Shown piece after piece: positions 1 to 12,673 of a stretch of 64,000 nt of DNA. A program made the position numbers and the translations under genes. This stretch comes from Octopus vulgaris. Lineage: Eukaryota. The stretch is taken from NCBI GenBank assembly GCA_951406725.2, contig OX597819.1:83328001-83392000 (forward strand), given 5' to 3'. The notes under the pieces were generated by a model. That model was not told the DNA's origin and ran no database searches. It worked only from the letters and a program-made list of their open reading frames with translations. How positions within the stretch are numbered: position 1 is the stretch's first letter; each line of letters starts with the position of its first letter.

Positions 1-25
1 TCAACATTATGAATACTATATATAA

Positions 26-423
26 GGCGGCGAGCTGACAGAAACGTTAGCACGCCGGGCGAAATGCTTACCGGTATTTCGTCTGCCATTACGTTCTGAG
101 TTCAAATTCCGCCGAGGTCGACTTTGCCTTTCATCCTTTCGGGGTCGATAAATTAAGTACCAGTTACGCACTGGAATCGATGTAATCGACTTAATCCGTT
201 TGTCTGTCCTTGTTTGTCCCCTCTGTGTTTAGCCCCTTGTGGGTAGTAAAGAAATAGGTATTTCGTCTACCGCTACGTCCCGAGTTCAAATTTCGCCGAG
301 GTCGACTTTGCCTTCCATCCTTTCGGGATCGATGAAATAAGTACCAGTTTAGGCATTGGGATGAATGTAATTGACTATCCCCCATCCCCCAAAATTTTCA
401 AGGCCTTGTGCCTTGGGTAGAAA
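26..423 (+). mobile_element. tRNA-derived SINE family A, composite form (head-core-tail1-core-tail2)
   Basis: A-box-like ggcggcgagctgacagaa and B-box gagttcaaattcc; core gaggtcgactttgcctttcatcctttcggggtcgat occurs twice. At least 12 related copies are in the window. Confidence 0.85.
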
Positions 424-433
424 TAACTATTAA

Positions 434-467
<34 letters not shown>

Positions 468-1318
468 TGATTTCTTTTGCTTTTGTCTAACGAGATGCGC
501 ATGGATTCATCGATCATATATTAGATTTTATTAAACGTGAGTTATTTGAACCATGTATTGTTGAAGCAATCTTAATAAAAGATTAGATGTAATGCAAAGC
601 CCCCCATTTTTAGACTTTATACATATTTATGCACAAACACTCACATGCACACACATATACATACATGTATGTGTGTGATGGTGTGTGTGTGTTTTCGCGC
701 ACGTGCGGACGTATTTATGGATACATACATATACACAAACATATGTAAAGTGATATCAATTACTGAAAATAAAGAGGAAAGATGTATTATCTTACATTGC
801 TTGTTTAAGGATCCAATATTATTTCGGAGAAATATTGTCACTGTCGGACTATTTTAGATCTGCCGGTGACACTATATTTTTTCAAACCCTTTCTTTATGT
901 TCTCTCTTGTAGTTGAAAAAGGGAATCGTTCCCGTAATTTTATAAGATCGTTTAACAACTTTCGTAAGGTCATACGATATGCATTCTCTTTATTTTCAGT
1001 TAACATCAGTTCGCATATTTTGCCTAATTTATTGTCTGCTCAGTCGGGGGTAGTAGTCGGTCATATAGATAGTCGTGTCTTACTTGTCTAACTAACTATA
1101 CTGCTATACTGGAGTGGACGTTTTAACAATCCAACTGTAGATTACATCAAATATATATTTTTCAAAACCTAATCACTGTTTTTTTCAAATAACTACATCG
1201 ATTTTTCTGTTCCTTAAACTTAAATACTTAAATTTAAATATTGCGAAACCTCACTATGGATTAAAGAAGAATATAAACACATTCTTTTTATACTGTTGGT
1301 ACGACAGAATGGAAAAAG

Positions 1319-1815
1319 GTGTGCCGACAGACACTCGTGCTAATCCATGAGGCGGGCAAGACCGGCAGCGGTAATACCACCTCGGTATTCTATAGAGGGC
1401 TGGTAGAGTTTAAGAGCGATGACGTCCTTGGAGAAACTCTGGGGCTCGATGAGAGCCAGCTAACCAACCTGTTTCATAGAACTTTCAGGCCGGGGTACTC
1501 GGATAACTACCAGAAATCCCTGACCTGGCAGTGCTACAGGAGCGCGTTACCTGTTCGCAACAAATTGTCTAGGCATGGAATGTCTGTGTCACCGGCATGC
1601 CCAAGGTGCGGGCAAGACCATGAAACCGATCTGCACACTCTTGTACAGTGCTCGGAGCTTTCGGGCTTGATAATTTACGTAGAACACGTGTTGTCGCATC
1701 TAGGAAGAGTACAGCTATCTGCTGAGTTCTATGATAGCCACTCGGACTATCAAAAGAAGGTGAGGCATTTTTTTTATGTACAGCTGCAGTGTTGAAAGAG
1801 TTTGTATGGAGCCAT
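1319..1815 (+). mobile_element. L1/Tx1-clade LINE ORF2 C-terminal fragment (zf-RVT)
   Basis: W.CYRSALPVRNKL.RHG....PACPRCGQDHET.LH.LVQC is the zinc-knuckle region of L1/Tx1 ORF2. Confidence 0.75.
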
Positions 1816-1910
1816 GATAAATCTCCAACATCCGAAACTTGGAGTTTTATCATGGCTACCGAATAATTGTCACTGAATAATTGTCACTGAATAATTGTCA
1901 CATATTACAT

Positions 1911-1931
1911 TTACATATATATGTGTGTATA

Positions 1932-1992
<61 letters not shown>
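1911..1992. repeat. (TA)n microsatellite
   Basis: Direct observation. Confidence 0.95.
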
Positions 1993-1996
<4 letters not shown>

Positions 1997-2503
1997 GTCA
2001 CATATTATCTTATGGTTGTAACGACTTACACGTGTAAGAAACTGCACAGAAAATCAAGCCCGGTTACATATGCAACTGCTCATACTTTGCAGTGAAACCA
2101 TGTGTAAGTCATAACAACCATAGCAATATGCTGTGTGTAATTACAAAATAAAAGGAAATAAATCTTGAGGATGAACAAGTCTCCATATTGTATATCGTTA
2201 TAATTATTGCTAATATGCACTCCAGAATATATTACCTCCAGAGAAGCGAACACGGAATTACCCATTGAAGAAATATACAAACTAATAATAGTCATAGACG
2301 TTAAATACCAATCGATGCGGTTAGCCGTAACCTGGAACATAACTGAGAGCAACCATGGTTTCCACCCTGGTTGTGTGTGTGTATTAGAGAGAGAGGGGGG
2401 GAGAGAGAGAGCGTGTATGTAAGTGTAGGTGTGCGTGTGTATATGTGTGCAAGTATGCGCATGTGTATGAGTATAGACAGACATACAGATACAGACAGAC
2501 ACG

Positions 2504-2568
<65 letters not shown>
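2504..2568. repeat. (GATA)n microsatellite
   Basis: Direct observation. Confidence 0.95.
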
Positions 2569-2570
<2 letters not shown>

Positions 2571-2787
2571 AACTACGTGCTTTCTCTTTATATGTATACA
2601 TAGAGATATGTTAATTGTATGTTTTATAACATATAGTGTTCTGTCTATCAGTTATGTATGTGTATTTGCAATTATTTTTATAGGTTTTCATCATACACCT
2701 TTGTATATACAGAAAGTATCTAAACTTATGTACTTCTGAAAGTGGATTTTATCCTTCAACCTTTATACACCACTAGTTATTGTGCTT

Positions 2788-2936
<149 letters not shown>

Positions 2937-3317
2937 TTTTACGACTTTTCCATGCACGTAAACGTTTTCCCAAATAAACTTGGACTTGATATTTTTAAGC
3001 TCTGAAGAAGCTATAAGGTAATGACAAGCACTCGGTTCTAAGTGCACTGCGTTTTATGGCAGAAACAGCTTTAAGCTAATGATGTTCATTAAATAATTTC
3101 CTGTTCCTTTGTCATATATATAATTTCGTGTGTGTGTGTGTAAGTGAGAGGAACTATATCATATACAAGCAGATATCGAATTTCTCAGGGTAAAATGCCA
3201 AGGCTGGTTCCTTCGGATGGTACGTTTTTTTAGTAATCTACCCTAAGCTCTCATCCGATGTTCCAGCTTATTTCTTGGCTACTTTGAGTGTGAAAAATAA
3301 TATTAAAATGGGGAGAA

Positions 3318-3570
3318 TGAAGAATTTGAACATTCAAACTTTTTGTTTATTTATAGTTAGAATAAAAGTCCGACACGTGTTTCGAACACACCAATCGCAT
3401 ATTATTGCATATTCATATTCAGCGAGTTATTTACCCTGAAAAGACTGTACCAATAATACATAAATCACTGCATATGAATATGCAACAATATGCGATCGGT
3501 GCGATCGAAACACGTGTCGGACTTTTGTTCTAACTGGAAATAAACAAAAAGTTTGAATTTTCAAATTCAT
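3318..3570. repeat. Inverted Penelope pseudo-LTR pair containing a hammerhead-like motif
   Basis: ~110 bp imperfect inverted arms (3318-3430 / 3460-3570). cc-CTGAAAA-stemII-GAAA-C-ACGT-GTC-gg lies at 3434-3520, next to a Penelope coding remnant. Confidence 0.75.
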
Positions 3571-3589
3571 CTGTGCATATATATGTACA

Positions 3590-4565
3590 TATATATGTTC
3601 AGAATCGAGTACCTAAACTCTTCTTCGCTCTACTCGAAAAACATTTTCCTAAATCTAGCCTCCTTAGAAAAATATTTAAACCTCCGCCCCCCCCCCCCCC
3701 CCACCACCACCACCACCAATCTATAAAATTGTCCTACTCCACTACCGCCAACATTGCCAAAGTTATCCGACATCTTAACAATAAGAAACACAGAAATCCG
3801 CAACCAGCTAAAATCCATCCTAATAAATTAACTCAACATAACCCCCAGCTCCATACATATAAACCCAAAACACCAACTGACCCCCTTTAACAACGCTAAC
3901 CCTCATAACTCCAACTATAAATCACTACTAACACCATATCCTTATATTTATCACAACACCCACTATACCTTTTGTAAAAATAGAGAACGACAGAGAAGAT
4001 ACCACCGGGTACAATAATTATCATATTATACAACTCCACAACACAACCCTCAACTCCTTAAATATTGATCTTAACGCCAGCAATAATAACGATCCTGACA
4101 TCGATTCCTCACTAAATAGCAATCCTCTCACAAGTTCATCCGGAACACCCACTACAAACTCATGCAGCCTCAGACGTCCAGCCTCTTGTCCGTTGTCTCA
4201 CAAAAAACATCGTTTATAAGTGTCTAGTATCAACTGCCAACTGTAACTACATATATATCGGTTCATGTAGCACCACCTTCAAGGCTAGAGTGAGCAACCA
4301 CTACCCCAGTTTCAAATCCCAAACAAAATCCAACAGTACATCGTTATCTCAGCTTATCAATAAACTAAAGTTTGATTCAACTCCTTACACTCACAAGTGG
4401 ACCATAGTCACCCAAAGCTATACAGCAGCCATAATAACAAGTGTGATCTCTGCATAGCCGAGGTCTTGGCTACTTTTCAATCCACGGATTGTCTTAATAA
4501 ACGCAGCAGTATAATTTTTACCTGCAAACATCAATCACTAAATCTATTCCCAAAATACAAATAAC
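3590..4565 (+). mobile_element. Penelope-like element remnant (RT C-terminus and GIY-YIG endonuclease)
   Basis: LLEKHFPKSSLLRKIF..IKLSYSTTANI, then NIVYKCLV.....YIYIGSCSTTFKARVSNHYPSFK...W.IV...CDLCIAE...LNKR...CKH; frameshifted. Confidence 0.85.
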
Positions 4566-5276
4566 AACAACCCCACCCCGCTTTTCCCCGCTAGCCTTCA
4601 TAAATTTTCCCTCTTATCTACCCTCACTACCATTGAATATTAAACCGACAATATATCTTCCTTTTAATTCTTTATTGTCATTTACATACTTCTCTCTGTA
4701 TTTCTCCTTACCGTTTAAAATTTTTTCTCTTATTTCACCTGCCTCCCGACTCCTACCCCACTCCCTTCGTAAATTTACAAGTACATATGCCAACATATAC
4801 CTCTAATACTTTACACTGTAAACACGCTCACCGCACACAATATACATTCCTCTTTTGAAATCTAGTAGTTGCCGCCACGAATTTTCCCTATTCTTTCTTG
4901 CTTTCTTCATGCACATATATTTTTCTCCCCTTGGCCAAAAACATTTTCACACTCTCTTCCTTCCACGTTATTTTTTTCTAATACCACTTACCTTGCTAAT
5001 TTCTGTGATTTGGCCAAAACAGCCCTATTGAATATTACCGGTCAAACGACCGTGCTTAAATTCCTCATTCTATTGTGCTTTCTTCATGCACACTTATTTC
5101 CCCAACCTTTTCCCTCCACATTATCTTTTCTTCAAATACCACTGCTCTTCCCTCTTAATAAACCACAATCTTCCCTCTTAATAAACCATTATAGTCCCTG
5201 AAAGTTGTTTTTTATATCTACTACAGACTACTTAAAGCTTTCTTCCTGCATCTCGATCTCTGGATCTTACATTTAT

Positions 5277-5378
<102 letters not shown>

Positions 5379-5479
5379 AGATGTATATACACATACATAA
5401 TTGATGATGGAAGTCCACTCATGACCGAGGAAAACCATTACTGACCTTTAGGAACATTGTGCGCTTAAGACTACCTTAT

Positions 5480-7422
5480 ACTTTACTCTTACGGTTCTGT
5501 TGATGACTAACGAGCCCTGTTCTTCACAAACATACACTACTGCAAAAATTGCAGACTAAGCCTTCCCTATGCATTACATTAGCAGTGCGTTTTTGAGCAG
5601 CACGCTTAAATTCTTCATGAAGAATACGTGCTCTTTCAAAAGTATCAACTCCCTCCTTTACTTGTTTTCTCCAACCGTGGCGATAACAAGCATTGCTCTC
5701 CCAATCAGCCTCCTGCATTTCACAGGCCTTTAATGAGGCCTTTACACAGTCCTTAAATCGCAGTCTTGGACTCTGTCGGGATCGCTTTCCACTAACAAGT
5801 TCCCCATATAACATCTGTTTAGGAATCCTGCTAATCATACATTCTAACAAGGTGTCCGGTCCAACGTAACCGGTGTTTGTGCACCAATCGCCTCAATACT
5901 CAGGATACAGGCTTTCCTCAGGACCTGTGTATCTGGAGTTTTTAAGGTCCAGCCAACGTTCAGAATGTTTCAGACGTTTTTGATGGAAGCGTTCAAGGTC
6001 CTTTACATGACGTTTGTAAATGGTACATGTCTCACATGAGTAAAGGAGTGATGTCAGTACACGTGCATGGTACACAACAATTTTTGTTAACCTTGTGATG
6101 CCATGGTGGGACCAGACACGAGACTCAAGAGACCTAAAGTAATCAGTTGCTCTCTGCAACCTGAAAGATATTTCATCATCCAGGGAGCAAGAACGGTTGA
6201 GTGTGGTGCCCAGGTAGACAAACTTGTCAAACACTTTCAGTATTGTTCCTTCAACGAAGATAGCTGGTTCCACATATGGGTTTCCTGATGCAGACTGGAA
6301 CATTACAAAAGTCTTGTCCAGGCTAATGCTGCGTCCAAATTCCTTACAAGAAGCAGAAATATGATTCACATGTATTTGCATATCATCTGCTGCATGAGTG
6401 ACAATCATCTGCATAAAGTATGTCATAAATAAGAGACTGGAAAACTTTTGAATTGGCAGCAAATTAACGCAGGTTAAAAAGACGGCCAGAAGGTCGATAC
6501 TAACATTTATCCCAGGAGAGCTGTCCACATCAAAAGCATGAGTAAGAGTAGCAGCAAAGTACAGAGAAAAGATAGTTGGAGCAAGGATGTTACCCTCCTT
6601 GACACCATTCTCTACAGGAATTGGTCCCGTCATGCCACCACCAACATTGACCCAAGCCTCCATCCCATCATGAAATGATTTGATTAATGATACAAAGTGA
6701 TCCGGACATCCAAGTTTGTCACGTATTTTCCATGGAGAGACCCTATTCACAGTATCAAAGGCCTTGGTTAAATCAATGAATACCTGGACAAGATCCATAT
6801 TCTGCTCATAGCACCTTTCCTGCATCTGTCTCGCTGTGAAAACCATATCCATCGTTCTTCTTCTAGATCGGAAACCACATTGAAATTCAGACAGGACATC
6901 ATTTACAAGACACCAGTTCAGGCGGGTAAGAAGAATACTTGCCAGAACCTTGCCAGCAGCTGATAGTAGGGCAATACCTTTAAAGTTGCCACATTCTACT
7001 CTGGCTCCCTTTCCCTTATAGAGAGGAAGAATAATTGCATCCTCCCAGTCCTCAGGCATTGCACCATCCTTCCAGATTACACTATTAAGTTCATGAAGGG
7101 ATTGTATGAAGTAATCACCATCAAATTGCAGTCCAAATGCCATTCTTACCAGGTGCCTTACCAAGATCCAATTTACTTATGCTGTCATTACCTCATCTAT
7201 TGGGAGCGTGGAATTTTAGGAGCTAATGACAGGTCTCTTGCATAGTGTCAATCACTGCTTCGTCCACAACTGACTTACGGTTTAGGAGTTCAGAAAAATG
7301 TTCTCTGTTGATGTAGTAAACAGAGTGGAAGACACCTTGGAAAGCAAGGGCACTGATGCAGAGCTCTTAGGCCCATAAACTTGCTTCATAAAATGGTAAA
7401 AGCTTCTTGCTGTCATTTTCAT
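5480..7422 (-). mobile_element. RTE-clade LINE, 3' half (reverse transcriptase), decayed
   Basis: ORF 5893..7164: W.DAII.PLYKGKG...CGNF.GI.LLS.AGKVL, QCGFR, FIDLTKAFDTV, GVK.G..LAPTIF, F.YLG. ORF 5524..5850: RIPKQMLYGEL..GKR...RFKD..KASLK. Confidence 0.92.
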
Positions 7423-7930
7423 TAGGTCACTTGTGAGGCTCTCATGTGTGCTACAGGTAACATGGAACTCAGTACAATCTATTGCTTGGTTGGATTGTTG
7501 GTGACTAAACAGGCAACTCCACCAGGCTAAACTAGTGAGGAGGGTTGCTAGAAACCCAGCAGGACTAAAGACAAGACCTATTAAAATTCAACGACTATCT
7601 AGCAATAGCACGCAGAAATTCCAGGATGGTGTCTCGTGTGCTGGAAGACAACTGGGAGTGAGGTACCCCTTAGCTCTTGTTGAAGCATGTCCCTAGGAGA
7701 AGGCTACTCTGATATAAAATCAGATATGCAGAGGATAGCATTGGACATTTTGGGCATCTTTTGCTAATGCTTGAGATCATGGCGCTCCCACATCCCTGAG
7801 CCAGCAACTCATATTGGCACTAGACATCTTGCCTCACCTTGTCTCTGGATAATGTCAATAGAGTGGAGAGGGTCTGTGAGGTGTCGTTCAAACCCAACTG
7901 AAACTAAAATTTTGCACAGGCATTGCTGAC
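7423..7930 (+). mobile_element. Probable RTE 5' leader/UTR, inverted relative to the RT half
   Basis: Collinear with 22081-22570 (aggtcact..ggtaacatg..gactaaac..gtgaggagggt..ctaggagaa..ttgcacaggcattgc) and abuts the RTE RT fragment. Confidence 0.6.
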
Positions 7931-7987
7931 TTTTTCCTTTACATGTGCAGTGCTTTTCTTCTTTCTTTTTATGTTTTTTTATATATA

Positions 7988-8116
7988 CAGGGTGATTCAA
8001 AAGTCGCCATACATAAAAACAATTTATTTTTTATAAGAAACATTTTTTTTTTATTTAACTGTTTCTTATTTAAAAAATAAATGTTTCCTATGTATAGTGA
8101 CTTATGAATCACCCTA
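7988..8116. mobile_element. Tc1/mariner-type palindromic MITE
   Basis: TIRs cagggtgattcaaaagtcgccatacata / tatgtatagtgacttatgaatcacccta with TA flanks. Confidence 0.75.
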
Positions 8117-8124
8117 TATTTATA

Positions 8125-9404
8125 CTAGCAGAGATACCCAGCATTGCTCGGGATTAAAATGGCATAGTTGTGTTGAAACATGTGATACGGGAACGTGCAG
8201 TATTGACGACAATACATTTGTGGAGTAACTGATGGGCTAATTTGACTGACACGTCAAGCGTCCGTTTGGAGGATTCCAGGCCCTAACCTGTCATGGAAAA
8301 TTGGGGGTGGGGTGCGTAATTTTTGAACGTACTGAAAAGCTGTCAGTGGATATACTTTCCCTTGTGGCGGTCAGCGTTACGTCTAACACGTATGGTTGAC
8401 AGTCGAATGAACGTCGGTGTAATGAAGATATTGTACGTAAATAGGTACATTCCGGAAAGGGGCTGCAATGGGAGACGGCAATGGGGAAATGAACTGTTGA
8501 AATGTTGCAGAAGGCGAAGGATTGACGTTGGGTTGCTGGTGTGGCTGTAGAATAAGAAACATAAACTGAGCCTATGCAATCACATTAGAATATATAGTAA
8601 TGAACCACTTGAAAAACTAAGGTTTATTGCGTGATCGGTGAAAGTAATTGGAGAATATGCTTTGATATTAAAGTCCATGACGGAAACTGCTTTGTTGGTG
8701 CAGTCTTCGGGATTTGTTAGTATTATGCCGAAATGGTATCCATCTTCATCATTCACAAAGAGCAGTGGATACTGGAGCGCATCATAGGATCTAGCAATTC
8801 CTATAAAACCTCTTGGTAAACAATATTCTTTGCTTTCCTTTGTGGAACAAATGCAAATAGATTTTTTTTATTCGCACTCTAGAGCAGCCAACATATAATT
8901 GCCCGTATGAGAAACCCGAATCTTCCAAGTGAAGTCCTGGAATTTATTGATAGACATTGCGAAGCTGATACAAATAGGAAATTGCACTCTTCTGAATGAA
9001 AAAGAATTTCTACTCCCGATGGAATGAGAGGAAAACATCCTCTCTTTTTCCACCTCCACAGAGAATGGTGGCCTCAGTAACATATGACATGATCTTCTTT
9101 ACCACCAGGCATGTCCCATTCCTCAATAACATTACTGGAGTTCCCACTTTAAGTTCCAATCTGTGGGGAGAAAGTCCTGGAGGCTCCAATGAACTGAGAA
9201 ATTCTGTTGGATAATTTACCACCTCTTCTGGATCTGGAATTGTATCAACTGAATTATAGATGTGAGGACTTACAGGAAGGTACTGCAGCAGCTTCACATT
9301 AATTTTACTTACAGTGCTGTGTTTTGGAGCCAGTATTACTCTTTCACGCAGCCAATTGAGATTGGGATGATTTTTCGATTAATTGAGGATCTTCTCTTTA
9401 GAGA
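8125..9404 (-). mobile_element. Non-autonomous Helitron with RepHel fragments
   Basis: A|TC start at 9404; subterminal cccgagcaatgctggg hairpin and CTAG|T end at 8125. PIF1-like helicase motifs YPTEFL.SL.PPGL.PH.LELKVGTPVMLLRN, QFP....FAMSINK and FSYGQLYVGCSRV; Rep motif SYDALQYPLLF. Confidence 0.85.
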
Positions 9405-9789
9405 TATTTTGTCAAGAAATATGATGTAATAAAATAAGATGACAATTGTATATTAATAATGAAATGTCAATAAAAAAAGGTAAATAATATCCATATCTTA
9501 TCAAATTTTAAGAAATACATGCAATGAACTGAGATGACACTGTTATATTAATAATTAAATGTCAATAAAAACATTAATTAATATCAATATTTTAAAAATA
9601 TGAAAAACGTTCAGCGGATTAATCGCGCAGGATGTAAGGGTGACAATCAATTTCTGAAAGTTACTTTGCAAAAAGCTACCTCTCTTCTCCACGTAACCCA
9701 GGAAAGGATGTTTTCTGCTCCCAGAGGACCCGTTACTCATTATGTAAAAAAAAAATTAAGATTCTAAAAACATTTCTGGAACATAAATA

Positions 9790-10432
9790 GGGAAGATGAA
9801 TAGCAATGACTCATGCTTCTGTAGCTTTGCGAGAAATGCGAACTTTACATCACAAGCACTCATTTTATGCACAGAGGTGATCACACAACAACGTGGATGT
9901 ACCCAAAGTCTAAAGATTGGTACTTGCTGGATTATGTCATTATTCGCAAGCGTGACACCTGTGACATTTGTTATGTCAAGTCCTTTCATGGTTCGGAGTG
10001 CTGGATGGACCACAGCCTGCTGCGAGCAAAGTTTCGGATGATGATCAGACTGAAAGAAAGAAGAGGGCCAGTTGGCATTCCTTGGCGTCTAAATGTCCAT
10101 AAGACATGTGACGCTGTGGTGAAGATAGGGCTTCAGAATCGTTTATCCAGTACTGAAAATACTGCAGCGTGGAAAGATTTTCAAGACCAGGTTTTTCAAT
10201 GTGCAGCTGAAACACTGGGGTACGCTACTGCCAGACACAGGGACTGGCTTGATGAAAATGATGCGGAAGTTCAGCGACTGCTGGTGATAAAGCACCATGG
10301 CCACAATGTATTACTGCACAAAGGACTTTCAGTTGTGCAGCGAAATCTAGCACTTGCCCACTACAGTAGTGTAAAATCACTACTGCAGCGATCTCTGCAG
10401 AATACATGGCGAGAGGGTCTTGCTCGTGATGT
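9790..10432 (+). mobile_element. RTE LINE APE-endonuclease/linker fragment
   Basis: TTWMYPKSKDWYLLDYVIIRKRD...GSECWMDHSL and HRDWLDENDAEVQRLL are typical RTE endonuclease C-terminus and linker motifs. Confidence 0.85.
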
Positions 10433-10611
10433 TCATCATCCGGAACTTTGTTCGCACCAGGCTGTGGTCTGCCCAGCACTGCGAACCATTAAAGGACTTG
10501 ACATTACAAATGTCAGAGACGTCATGCTTGCGAATGATGACACAATCCAGCAAGTGTCAAACTTTAGACGTTGGATGCAAAAATACATACATACATACAT
10601 ACATACATACA

Positions 10612-11060
10612 GTACAACGAAATAAGAACCAACAGCATGGTAGAAGCCATAGCTACTCATAATAAAAAGGATTACTAGTGGATTGTCTCTGTGAAAACCT
10701 CAATAAAATGTAAGCACAACAGACCTGATATAATGACTTGGGATAAAGAAGAGAAACTATGTATAGTTATGGAAATCAGTTGCCCAGTGAATGTTAACAT
10801 AAAACTGAGGATCAGTGAAAAACAGAATACCTATGCTGAACTTTTGAGAAATCTGCAGTTACTCTATCCAGATTACAGAGTTCAGGTTTATACCTGTAAT
10901 AACTTGAGCACTAGTATATGTAACACACTACGTGAATACCAATCTTGAGAAATTAGGCTTCTCAAAACCAGAAAGGAGGATTACTTTATCAGACTACAGA
11001 TCCAATCCATCACTGGAACTGTAAAAATCTGTAAAACTTTCCAGAAGTTTATCATTTAAG
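10612..11060 (+). mobile_element. R4/Dong-clade LINE 3' fragment (restriction-like endonuclease)
   Basis: CKHNRPDIMTWDKEEKLCIVMEISCP...EKQNTYAELL...LQIQSITGTVKICKTF is a PD-(D/E)xK RLE domain. Confidence 0.8.
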
Positions 11061-11126
11061 TATATCTGAGCATGTACAAGTACATGCATGAGAAGGCATA
11101 CATAAAACAAAACATACAAATCTGCA

Positions 11127-11260
11127 CACATACATACATACATACATACATACATACATACATACATACATACATACATACATGCATACATACATACATA
11201 CATGACATACATACATACATACATACATACATACACTCACACACTCACACTCATACATAT
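11127..11260. repeat. (CATA)n microsatellite
   Basis: Direct observation. Confidence 0.9.
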
Positions 11261-11320
11261 ATGGTAGTTTTAGTATATACTTTTCTCATACTTTAACATT
11301 TTTTTTTATTTTGTTTTTTG

Positions 11321-11490
11321 TCACCTCGCGCGCGTAAGCGAAGGCAGGGTATTGTAATCACTCGTCTTTGTCTGTTTGTCTGTGTGTTTGCAAAATTACT
11401 AGAAAACGGCTAAACAGATTTTTACCAAATTTGGCAGAAATTCTCATTGGGTAAGTGGCTCGAAATAATGAAAATTTGGTTCGATTACTT
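11321..11490 (+). mobile_element. Helentron/HINE-like non-autonomous element fragment
   Basis: tcacctcgcgc..gaaggcagggtattg followed by (gtct/gttt)n and aaaacggctaaacagatttttaccaaattt, the DINE-1/HINE-like layout. Confidence 0.5.
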
Positions 11491-11705
11491 TCAAACAACA
11501 TACATAAATAGAAACATATTGATAGAAATGGTAAGACAGCGAAAGAATGAAAGAGACCTCGATATTATGTAAATAGAGGAATTTATCTGTAAATGTAATG
11601 GCGGCGTGAATTTCCACCCGGACATCCGAAACTCGGAGTTTTATCATGGCTACCCAATAATTGTCACATATTACATTTACAGATAAATAGAAACATAGAT
11701 ATGCG

Positions 11706-11709
<4 letters not shown>

Positions 11710-11765
<56 letters not shown>

Positions 11766-11775
11766 TGTGTGCGTG

Positions 11776-11824
<49 letters not shown>

Positions 11825-11825
11825 G

Positions 11826-11899
<74 letters not shown>

Positions 11900-11902
11900 T
11901 GT
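11710..11902. repeat. (GT)n microsatellite
   Basis: Direct observation. Confidence 0.95.
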
Positions 11903-12272
11903 GAAGGCGCGTGGCTTAGTAGTTAGTTATTAATGATTTCCTACGCTGACAGAAGATTGCATATTATATAAGATGAATATAATCGATTAGAAGCGTTTTG
12001 CAAGAAATATTAATGGCACTTATTTAATCAACCCTGGAAGAATGAAATATCAATGCCGTCCCCAGTGGGATCTAAATTCAAAGCGTTAGGGGTGGGGGAG
12101 TCGATTATATCAACCTCAGTACTTGACTGATTCTTTATTTATTGACTCGGAAATGGGGCAAAAATAACATTTGAACTCAGAACGTAAGGCAAAGTAAGTA
12201 ATCATCAAATCCTAAAGTATTCTTATCCACTCATTCTACTGATTCTCTCACCCGTCCTCCTTACGCTACTAA

Positions 12273-12673
12273 TAATCCTTTCTACTGGAAGCACAAGGCC
12301 TCTAATTTGGGGAAAGGGATTAAGTCGATTACGTCGACCTCCAGTGTTTCACAAGTACTTATTTCATCGACCCCGAAAGCATGAAAGACAAAGTCGACCT
12401 CGGCGAAATTTGAACTCAGAACGTAGCGGCAGACGAAATACCTATTTCTTTACTACCCACAAGGGGCTAAACACAGAGAGGACAAACAAGGACAGACAAA
12501 GGGATTAAATCGATTACATCGACCCCAGTGCGTAACTGGTACTTATTTAATCGAACCCGAAAGGATGAAAGGCAAAGTCGACCTCGGCGGAATTTGAACT
12601 CAGAACGTAACGGCAGACGAAATACGGCTACGCATTTCGCCCGGCGTGCTAACGTTTCTGACAGCTCGCCGCC
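12273..12673 (-). mobile_element. SINE family A, composite form
   Basis: Reverse complement of the 26-423 architecture; TSD-like tcctYacRctactaataat on both sides. Confidence 0.85.

Noticed and set aside
26-110. tRNA gene-like A/B boxes (also in SINE B and D heads)
   Set aside because: No complete cloverleaf; each continues into a SINE body.
2080-2380. Hydrophobic ORF tail in unique sequence
   Set aside because: It starts in a microsatellite and shows no family motif or splice support.
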